In this document: positions 1 to 9,500 of the stretch, piece after piece
Layout of the letters: each line of letters starts with the position of its first letter
How positions within the stretch are numbered: the first letter of the stretch is position 1
Assembly: GCA_046861385.1 (NCBI GenBank)
Contig: JBHHTW010000030.1
Span: 1-24,831, forward strand
Source: Fidelibacterota bacterium
Lineage (GTDB): Bacteria > Fidelibacterota > Marinisomatia > Marinisomatales > TCS55
Direction: 5' to 3'
Length of the DNA stretch: 24,831 nucleotides
The notes under the pieces: model-generated
Seen by the model: only the letters and a program-made list of their open reading frames with translations
Told to the model about the DNA's origin: nothing
Databases searched by the model: none
Translations under genes and position numbers: made by a program

Positions 1-2282
1 TCCCAATCATCACCCGGGGGATTATCGCGGTAATGCTCGCACCGGGGAATATAAACACGACTGGGGTTTGTTTTCCGCCCCGGGAACATATCTTCTAATT
101 CATCTGATGCCTTAAATGATTCAATGGCTTTTTCCCAATTCTGGTTGCGATATAATTCCAGAGCATTGTGATATGCAGGGAGTAGTTTATCATACCCGGG
201 AGGCATATTCCCTGCTTCCGCTATGAGTTCGAAAACTTGGGCTGGTTCTGTTTTCCCCATGACGATTACATAATCCAAGTCCCGCCAGATGAATTGATCT
301 TTGCAAGCTTTATAAGTTTCCTCAGCCACCTGAATATAAATACCGTACTGTTTAGCAGACGCTTCAAGGCGGGCTGCTAAGTTTACAGTATCTCCCATCA
401 TGGTATAATTCATTCGAGTGGAAGAGCCGACATTTCCAATTACAACTGGTCCAGTATTAATCCCAATCCTGTTTTGCATATTGTGGACAATTTCCGGCCA
501 TCTGTCTCCTTCGCTCAGCCACTTCTTTCGAAGTTCACCTAATCTCTCTTGCATTTTAACCGCTGTTAAACATGCCCAGTACTCATGATCTTCTACCGGG
601 GCCGGAGCACCGTAAAATGCAACAATAGCATCACCAATATATTTATCCAGCGTCCCTTTATTCTCCAAAAGTCTGTCTGTCATTTCGGTTAAATATTCAT
701 TTAATAACTCTACCAAGTCGGACGCAGACAGCTTTTCGGAAAAGCTGGAAAAACTTTGAATATCAGTAAAAAATGCTGTGTGGTGTCCTTCTTCACCTCC
801 CAGTTTTGGTTCTTCTTTATTTTCATACATTTGATCAATCAATTCAGGAGAAATATATGTGCTGAAGGAGTTTTTTAAAAAGCGTTTATCTTTTTCAACC
901 ACCAGAAAATTATAGAGAAAAACTCCCAGGTAAGTTGCGCCAATCGATATAGCTGGGCGGACAATTTCCCACATCTTTAGTCCTGTAAGAAATTCATTGT
1001 AAGTAAAAAGCATCCAGATTACAACTACGACGATGGGGATAGGCAGCGAATATAATGTCTTTTTTGGAACGCTCACAAAAATCCCCAGTAGAGTACATAA
1101 AGCAAGGATTACTGCAAAATTGGTTTGTGTATCGGTGATGGATACAAATTCATTTTGCAAAATACTATGAATCACATTGGCATGGATTTCCACTCCGGAA
1201 AATGTTTCCTGGACGGGTGTATTACGCAAATCCATAAGCCCCGGGAGAGATGCTCCCACAATCGCAACTTTCCCTTTCCAATAGGATGGATCCAATAATT
1301 CGGGATCCATGCAGTACATGAATGGTAAATAATAGAATGTTTTGAAATAGCCAAAATAATTGACGTACATACGGCCTTTTTCATCAATGGGGATTTCCCT
1401 AACAATCGATCCTGTTGTATCCCGCATCGTCAATATCAAATTTTCGAAGTCGTAGTTTAGACCGTCTTTCGGAACACCTAGAATATCCATCGCTGCTGCC
1501 ATGGTCAATGATGGATACACATGATTGGGTCCTTCGAACCAAATAGCTGTCGGTGAACGTCGAATGATACCATCGTCATCCTGTGGGAAGTTTGCGCTGC
1601 CTGCTCCAACGGAAGCTTGAAAAAGATCTGGAAACGTGTTCCCCAGACGATCAGCTTTCGGTAACCGCCTTGCTTGATCTTCCGGAATGATAATTAAATG
1701 ATCAGGACGGTCATAACCCTCCGGTTCTGCGTCCATCTTATAAAGAAAATTGAGCGTGTCCTCTTCTTCAAATACCATTGCATGGTAGGTCTTTTGGCTT
1801 TCGTATGTAGAATTCACCAACCGCGTCGGATCATTACTCAACAAAAACTGATTTGTAACATCAGCCAAATATTCATCGTGAGGAGCGCTGTCATTATTCA
1901 ATGCATTCACCAAGTCAAAATTGAATGTGTTTTCAGGATCGAAAATTATATCAAAAAGAAGGGCTAATGGCTCACCGGAGGTGACGACATCGATGAGTTG
2001 GCCATGATAAGCCTGTGGCCAATTGTAAAAGCGTCCAAGTCCTCCTTCCTCTGCGGGAGCTACGGATTGCTGTTCAATATCAATAATGACTACTGTATCA
2101 ATAGATGCTTCTTCCACGCCGGCAACGCTTGCCCGCATTCGGGCGTCATAAGACTGGTATTCATAACCATCTAATAGATCCGTGAGGAAAAAGCCTTCTG
2201 CGTTGGTACCAAAAGCAACGATAAAGCCTATAGTCAAACCAATAACAGCACCTATGCCTAGGCGTTTTAAGAATTCATTCAT
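1..2282 (-). CDS. CHASE2-domain membrane adenylate cyclase, class III (3' end truncated by window edge, >760 aa)
   Basis: Not in ORF track; translated by hand from ATG at 2282: MNEFLKRLGIGAVIGLTIGFIVAFG (TM), CHASE2 motifs VVIIDIE..LGRFYNWP..LLFDIIF and SGVEIHANVIHSIL, hydrophobic TM block ~900-1130, cyclase motifs TAFFTDIQSFSSFSE, DKYIGDAIVAFYGAP, RIGINTG, NYTMMGDTVNLAARLE, then YHNALELYRNQNWEKA and PPGDDW(D) at the edge. Frame spot-checked as consistent at 2282, 1191, 630 and 3. Confidence 0.95.
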   Translation of the reverse strand, partial: MNEFLKRLGIGAVIGLTIGFIVAFGTNAEGFFLTDLLDGYEYQSYDARMRASVAGVEEASIDTVVIIDIEQQSVAPAEEGGLGRFYNWPQAYHGQLIDVVTSGEPLALLFDIIFDPENTFNFDLVNALNNDSAPHDEYLADVTNQFLLSNDPTRLVNSTYESQKTYHAMVFEEEDTLNFLYKMDAEPEGYDRPDHLIIIPEDQARRLPKADRLGNTFPDLFQASVGAGSANFPQDDDGIIRRSPTAIWFEGPNHVYPSLTMAAAMDILGVPKDGLNYDFENLILTMRDTTGSIVREIPIDEKGRMYVNYFGYFKTFYYLPFMYCMDPELLDPSYWKGKVAIVGASLPGLMDLRNTPVQETFSGVEIHANVIHSILQNEFVSITDTQTNFAVILALCTLLGIFVSVPKKTLYSLPIPIVVVVIWMLFTYNEFLTGLKMWEIVRPAISIGATYLGVFLYNFLVVEKDKRFLKNSFSTYISPELIDQMYENKEEPKLGGEEGHHTAFFTDIQSFSSFSEKLSASDLVELLNEYLTEMTDRLLENKGTLDKYIGDAIVAFYGAPAPVEDHEYWACLTAVKMQERLGELRKKWLSEGDRWPEIVHNMQNRIGINTGPVVIGNVGSSTRMNYTMMGDTVNLAARLEASAKQYGIYIQVAEETYKACKDQFIWRDLDYVIVMGKTEPAQVFELIAEAGNMPPGYDKLLPAYHNALELYRNQNWEKAIESFKASDELEDMFPGRKTNPSRVYIPRCEHYRDNPPGDDW

Positions 2283-2371
2283 TATTTGTTATTTTATGCT
2301 AATACTACCCATTTAATTTCCCTTAATACAGAGGGATTTTAGGGAATAATAGTAAATTTGTTTTTTCATCA

Positions 2372-2421
2372 TAGTACAGACATTCTTGTCTGTACTACTG
2401 CAGACAAGAATGTCTGCAGTA
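2372..2421. repeat. REP-like inverted pair of 11-bp hairpins
   Basis: TAGTACAGACA-ttct-TGTCTGTACTA (2372-2397) and TACTGCAGACA-agaa-TGTCTGCAGTA (2396-2421); cores 2377-2392 and 2401-2416 are exact reverse complements; intergenic. Confidence 0.8.
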
Positions 2422-2586
2422 CATTTGTATATATACCGTAATTCAAAGCTTTTGAAACAGCCTCAATGAAAGGTTTTTTGAACACCCGCCCCCCAAGCTC
2501 TTCTCCTTCGTATAATTACTAACTCAAGTCCTTTTATAGTTTTAATTATTTTCATACGATTCACTATTGCTGGATTTATAATAAAC

Positions 2587-3363
2587 TTATTCTTCAGCTG
2601 CGTCCAGTTCTTTATTCCATTTCACAAAGTCTAGATCTCCGTCTTTTGTTTGATCGAATTCAAACATATGGTATTTGCCATCTTTGCGGATATTGATCTG
2701 CATTCCTTCTGCCAGTGTCACCCACTCTTCCAAGGTTACTTCATAGGGACCGGAGACTTGAGTCGGCGCCTTTATTTCTGTTAAGGGCCCAAGTGTGAAT
2801 TTCGGTTTTCCAGGAGTACCGCCGGGAGCGCCAGATTTTCTTTTGTCCTGGCGTTCTTCAATCACATTTTTAGCTGCATTTACATCCACTTTCCCGTTAT
2901 ACACCAAGACCTCACTTTCATCTTCTCCTGCTTTTGCTCTGTACTTGGTTCCCCGAATGGCCGCCACAGCTGTAGGAGTTCTTAACTGTACATTTTTCTT
3001 CTCTCCAAATGCAGCCTTGGCAGACACAAATACATTTCCTCTCTTTAAGTTGGCTTTGAAATTCTTCACCATGGGTTTTACACTGGCTTCGTTCAATTCT
3101 AACTCAGAATTTTCACCCAAGCGAACTTTACCGCCGCCTTTCAGGGTGATTTCAGCTCGGGATTTTGCAGCCGTTTTGATAATATCCCCCTCAAAAACCG
3201 GACGATTTGGTTTTGCTTTTTCCCACGATTCATTGCCGGAGGATTGAACTTCAACTTTTCCTAAAGGTAGTGAGATTTTACCAAACTGCTTTCCGGCTGA
3301 ATATCCATTACTGACAAACACAACCATCAATAAGATTGTAATAGTTGAAAATAATTTTTTCAT
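2587..3363 (-). CDS. Exported FecR-domain protein (258 aa) without cytoplasmic anti-sigma domain
   Basis: Sec-type signal peptide; FecR-like motifs GKVEV, VFEGDIIKTAAKSRAEITL..G..VRLGENSEL, LRTPTAVAAIRGT, VLVYNGKVDV; RBS AGGTG 5 nt upstream. Confidence 0.88.
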   Translation of the reverse strand: MKKLFSTITILLMVVFVSNGYSAGKQFGKISLPLGKVEVQSSGNESWEKAKPNRPVFEGDIIKTAAKSRAEITLKGGGKVRLGENSELELNEASVKPMVKNFKANLKRGNVFVSAKAAFGEKKNVQLRTPTAVAAIRGTKYRAKAGEDESEVLVYNGKVDVNAAKNVIEERQDKRKSGAPGGTPGKPKFTLGPLTEIKAPTQVSGPYEVTLEEWVTLAEGMQINIRKDGKYHMFEFDQTKDGDLDFVKWNKELDAAEE

Positions 3364-3415
3364 TATTTCACCTATTTAGTATAATTGTTATTTTTGTTTT
3401 CATTTCGTTACCATC

Positions 3416-3445
3416 ATAATAATTCAAAAACCATGATGATGGCAA
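3416..3445 (-). promoter_or_regulatory. Possible sigma70-type promoter for the FecR-domain gene
   Basis: Minus strand TTGCCA-N18-TATTAT just downstream of the terminator; overlapped by palindrome CAACATATGTTG (3443-3454). Confidence 0.3.
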
Positions 3446-3459
3446 CATATGTTGTAAAT

Positions 3460-3490
3460 AAAAAAGGCTCCTGACTAAGGAGCCTTTTTT
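3460..3490 (-). terminator. Rho-independent terminator (bidirectional form) ending the giant-protein operon
   Basis: AAAAAAGGCTCCT-gacta-AGGAGCCTTTTTT perfect inverted repeat with A/T tracts, 26 nt after the stop at 3517. Confidence 0.9.
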
Positions 3491-3516
3491 AGAAGGCGCT
3501 GATCTTTAATGAGTTA

Positions 3517-6500
3517 TTATTTTACCATAATCATTTTATTGGTTTTATTCAGGATCATTTTTCCGGAAACATCTTTGATTCTTGTTGTGTAAAAATAGAC
3601 TCCACTGGCAACTCGTTTCCCATCACGATTCAATCCTTTCCAAATCATATTATGGTATCCCGCCGGGCGCAATTCATTATCTATTATGCGGGTGACTTCT
3701 TCACCCAATATGTTGTAGACAATCAGATCAACTGTGGCTATATCCTCCAATGTAATCAGAATCGATGTTTGTGGATTGAATGGATTCGGATAATTTTGGC
3801 TGATGCTGTATCGATCAGGATAAAGGTCAATGCCGGCATTATTATCGCTTAAAAATTCCTTCGTTCCAGCAATAAAACGAATATTATGAATGGATTTAGC
3901 ATTGCTAACAGCGTACCTATAAACAGGATTCCATCGTAAATCCTGGGCGACGCCCAATGTTACGTCAATGAGAAACACATCAAAATCAGACGGAATATCG
4001 TTTTGTCCTTCAAAATATAGATACACATTATATTTGTCATCTTCCGCCGCGACATTCATATCCCAGAATTCACCGTCTTTTTTAATTGACCGGATGTCTT
4101 TCGTATATGTATCTCCATTTTTAGCCCAATTGCTATGGTCCATCATGAGAGAGATACCCCCTGGCAGCATGGGCGGTTCAAAAGCATCCATTTCATCATA
4201 GTCATCCTTCGCAGTTGCCAACACTCCGATTGTATTTAGTTCGTCAACCCCTAATCCATTTCTGGCTTTAATATCGACCAGCCACTCATTTTCCATCAAA
4301 ACAATCTCTTGATCTAATTGTTTCGCCATACCGCCATTGCTTTTTCTCGGCTTGATATAAATGTTATTTGCTGAGGCGGCCGATTTATAAATATAGCCCT
4401 TCCAGGGTTCAATTTCGGTGGGGTTCAACCAGTTGCTGTCATACGTGTAGAGATTGTCATCACCAGCTAAGTTTGTGGAATCATTGATGTATACATTCGT
4501 TAGAGGTATACTAAAATCATACGGGTTCCCAAACATAATCCAATCACCGGATACGAGCGTAATCGGGAAGTCAACATCTGAGGTGACTGTTCTGGTTTGC
4601 CCAGTATTAATATTCAATGCAGGGTCTTTCACAATAAGGAAATAGCCTGCGCCGGGTTGGAGGGTTGAAATATTCGCAAATTCAGACCATGCACCGCTTC
4701 CACTATATTCAAATAACCGCCATTTGGTATCGTCATACTCGCCCAGATCATCCACCAGAATATTAGTGGGTGTACTATTGGCAGCTTGTCCTGGGAAGGA
4801 CAAGAGTTGATAACTGGTAACAGCAGAACCATTTGGAATTCCAGTCGGCCAACGATCTGCGCTAGAAAGACCTGGCTCGGTGATAGTTATGGAAGTGGAA
4901 TAATACCCTTGAGAGGGTTTATAAATCTCATTCCCTGCAGCATCTCTGGAATAGAGATAGTACTCCATACCGGAAGAGGTAACAAAACTACTGGCGATCT
5001 GATAGGTATTTAGAGTTGACATATCCACCGGGCCCTGCCACTGAACTTCACCGCCTTTTCGGTAATACAGTTCGGCTATATCAATTCCGGATGTATTATC
5101 GCTAAATGCGGCTGTTATGGTTACGGTTGTATTTTCCGTTCCTTCCAATACGGGGTTGTGTGAAATAGTAGGACTGGTGAAATCCACATTAAACGTCTGT
5201 GGATTACTGGAGGTCGTTTCGTTCCCGGCGCTATCAAAGGCCACGACGCTCCAACTATAAGTACCCTCAGAAAATTCACCGGGAACCTGATGGGCTGTGG
5301 AATCTGGATCAATAGAATATATATCGGATGTATTGATAACCAGATCATAGTGTTCTAAACCGGCTGTAGCATCTGAGGACGCATTCCACTGAAATCGAAA
5401 TTTGGATTGACTATACCAGTCATTCATAGGATACATAAGGGTAAAATCATTCGGGGCTGTATTATCCCATTTCGCTTCAATTGACTGTGCATTAATGCTA
5501 TTTTCATTCCCGAGATTATCCTCCAGCCATACATCAATTAATGAAACAGCATTGTTCGGTAATGCTATATTTTCCAAACTTTGTATTCCAGGTACAGCCA
5601 CATAGGTTTCGCTGCCTCCATCAATCGTGTAATGAGCGCCTGCAATTCCAGAGTTCTCGGATGGGTTTGTCCAAGATATTGTGAAATCATTTACACTCGT
5701 CCACCCATTCGGATTAATTGCGATATCCAGGACAGCCTCGGGTGCGGTCACTTCAAAGAAATGATATTGGTTAGATTGGGTTGAAATACCATTAGAAGTA
5801 AGCTGTACTACAAAATCAAAACTCCATGTGATATCAGATTTTACTTGCAATGTTATGGAAGCAGCTCCGTCTTGGGTAACATTGTCAGAACGAATAATAT
5901 TAACCCAATCAACAACGTTCGATGGTATTAATTCCCATGTGATCGGTGTACCATTTGCAACATCATTTCCAAATTGGTCAATAACGTTACCGCTAATTTC
6001 TCGTTCTTCTGTCTGATTAACGGTTGTATCGGATTGTTCAATAATCCAAACTGAATCCGGAGCACCCGCCACCACTTTAAAATAGCCGCTTTGGGCAATC
6101 GTTCCATTGTCTTCAACCGTAACAGAATTCAAATCATTCAACGTGGTGGTAGTATAAAATGTATTGCTTATCCGTCCCCATAGGTCAGAATCGTATGTAA
6201 AATTATTATCTAACGTTCCAGCAGCAGCAGCCCAGCTAATGGTAGGATTTGTCTGATAATGACCTATAATGTTATATACTTGAGCCCTAACAGTTACACC
6301 GCCACCCATTATCGAACTGGTGTCTGGGCTGACTGGAATTATATCATCAGCTAAGGGATACAATACAACTATATTACCCGTAGTATACCCACTTTGATCA
6401 TGAAAATAACTTCCTGCGTCGGCAAAAGTATTATCGGGGTCAAGCCAGTTTTCAGTTGTATCCATATCAATGGCTGGTGCAGAACTTAATAATGTAAAAT

Positions 6501-9500
6501 CACCGGTGTTGTAATTCGCAAATTGATCCGTGCTATTTACAAATGATCCTGTATTAATAATTGTACCTGTCCCTGAAGCGCTGCCTTCCAAAATTGAATA
6601 ATTCAAGGCAACCGTACCGTCATTGACAATCAGAGAAGTACTGTTTTCATTTCCAGCAATGGTAATATGCTCAATGGTGGCGTTTCCATTAATGGTCAAA
6701 GGTATAAAATCTGATCCTACCCCCTCGATAACCATATATGAATAAACATCATTTACTGCTCGCCCGGCAGATAAGATATTGATAATGACCCCACCATATG
6801 AAGAATCAGGATCTGTGCTTTTAAATGATATGGGATTCATGGAAGTGCCGCTAATACCAAGCACACCTTCGACCGTCAGAGTCGCTCCCGGTTCAAAATA
6901 TACTGTCCCACCAGCATCAATATTCATGGTGTCGCTACTTGTCACTATTAAATCCCCCGTAAGAACGGCAGATTCTTCACTGGTTATTTCTACATTACCC
7001 GATGTTGTACCACTATAAAAATCTCGCAAACGGGGAAAAGCTCCCATATCCACGACGGTACTGTCACTATCATAAATCGATTCGGGGTTTCCCGCGTCAA
7101 TGCATGGACTTTGAATTCCAATTCTATAATTGCCAAGTGCCGCATCAATAAATAATGGATTATCACTAATATTGCCAGAACCGGTATAGCTTCCTTGTAT
7201 GGCTGAATACGTGATAGTGGGAGAGCCGAGGATAGACGAACCATTGTTCCAAATAATTGAATTTGTTACTGAAACATTGCCGCTCGAATTATCCTCAATA
7301 CCAATAAAATTGCCGTATATCGTCATATTATATAGTGCTGCCGCTGCAGTATTATTAACGGATATGCCACTGGAATTCGAGTGAGTAATTAACAGATTAT
7401 ACAAGGTTGCTGTTGCGTTATTATTGATTTGTAAAATATCGTTGTTGCCGATTCCATTTGTTAAATGCAAATCATATAGTCCCGGGGAACCACCGGTAAT
7501 TTTATAGTATCCATCAATAGTTACATCGTCAGGAATTCCACTATGTCCAACAATCGTAATATCCTTACCCCAGTTATTTAATAACTCATGATAATTTCCC
7601 GGTAAAATTCTTATCTCATCATTAAAAATAGCTCGGTTTAATGCATATTGAATTGTTTTATGAGGCTGGATATCTGTTCCCATATTGGCAGTAACAGAAT
7701 CCGAACCGGTGGTGGACACATACCAATAATGTTTGGTATAAGTACCTGAAGAATCGAGTGTATTTTCATAGGCGCCCATATCGGGTATGCTATCCGAGCG
7801 AGCAAAGCCTTCTATATCATAGAGAACGCCGGCGCTTCCATTTGCTTTACCAATTACCGGTGACCAGTCTTTGAGATGGAAATCACCGTTCAATCCATCC
7901 ACGAAACCAGGACGACCATTATAATTGCCAATTCCGGCATTTCCACCCATCACATCGGAAAAAGCGACAGAAACGCTATTATCTAATGGGCTGTTATACC
8001 AAATAATGGAATTGGAAATATTCAGTTCTCCGCTGAAGCTGATAAGATCATTTCCTCTATTCCCCACAGCTGTGGTAAAATCAATCGTCACATCGCCACC
8101 GCTTGCAGCAATGGCTCCTGATTCTGCTGCACGGTTTGCAGTAAAGACACAGTTAATAAAGCGTGTGTGGGAATTGGAGGCATATACAGCTCCACCTGAG
8201 CCGTTGGGGGCAGAATTATTTTCAAAAATTACATTTTCAAATACAGGATCTGCATTTAAAATAAACACTCCACCGCCATTTTCTGGAGTTGAACCATTCA
8301 TGATGGTTATACCTTTGATCAAAACAGAATCTGACTCGCTGCTATCGAATACAAAAGCGCGTCCCTGATTTTCACAATCAATTATCGTACTGGCGGAACC
8401 GACAGCTGAACGAATGATCCGTGCAACTCCGTTCATACTTAATTCTCTATTTCCTAAACCGCTGTATATACCAGGAGCCAATTCAATCGTATCCTTAAAG
8501 GAAGATTGATTTAATGATTCCTTGATTGTCCTCAATGCATTGGCAGGAGACGAACCATCGTTATTATCATTTCCACTATTATCTACATAATATACTGAAC
8601 GGCGTGGTTCAGCGTTCCGGTGCTCAATAGGTCCAATATCCGGTAATGTACTATCCGGTTGAGGTCGTGCATTGCCCAGGAAATCCGTTGTTGGTACATC
8701 CCTATCCTCATCACTGAAATAATCATAATAGGATTCAAGACCAAGCCCAATGGCTCCGGAATATTCCGAAAGTGAAAAATTTCCCGTATCAGACCCAATT
8801 ATCTCCGGATCAAATGAATAGTTATCACCCAGGTTCATCACCGGGGATCCTTCCTGTAATATGCAGTTTTCCACCGAGGAGGCATAATCAATATCGCGGC
8901 TGTTAGATCCATTCTCCATGTTATCCCAAAATATAGTGTTGACTATTCCTATGTCAGGATTGGAACCATTGCCGATGGCTGCGGGTCCATTTCCGGATTC
9001 ATTTTCCAGAAACAGGGAGTGAATTACTTGCAATTTGGATTCAGATAGGTCGACGTAAATAGCCCCTCCCTGTGCCTGTGCTGTATTTTGGTAAAATATA
9101 CAATTTGACACATTACAATTTGCATTATCAATAGACAGGGCACCTCCTTGAGAGAAATTATTACTGGAATTTTCCTGGAATAAAGTACGCCTTATCTTGA
9201 CTGAACTGGCTCCGGATACGAAAACAGCCCCCCCACGGAAATCGGTACTGTTATTGTAGAATATACAATCCTTGATTTTAAGCTCGCTGTTGTTATTAAT
9301 ATTTACAGCTCCTGATTCACTATTCTGAATAGTAATACCAATTAATTTCGACTTAAATGTTTCCCCACTAATGACTTCCAGAAAAGAGTTACCGTCCAGC
9401 TCAACCACTGTAGTATCCGGGCCATACATACTCATAAGAACCAAATTTTTCACACCATTCTGAACAATGTCATTATTGTATTGAAAATCAAGATCGCGAT

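Noticed and set aside
1172-1967. Short ORFs 1172-1405 and 1698-1967
   Set aside because: They lie inside the cyclase gene in another frame or on the other strand.
2372-2421. CRISPR array
   Set aside because: Two inverted units with no spacer and no cas genes.
2443-2510. Minus-strand AAGGAG followed by a TTG-initiated 17-codon ORF (possible leader peptide)
   Set aside because: Weak start codon, too short, and no supporting feature.
2795-3247. 150-aa plus-strand ORF
   Set aside because: Antisense shadow of the FecR gene with no recognisable motif.
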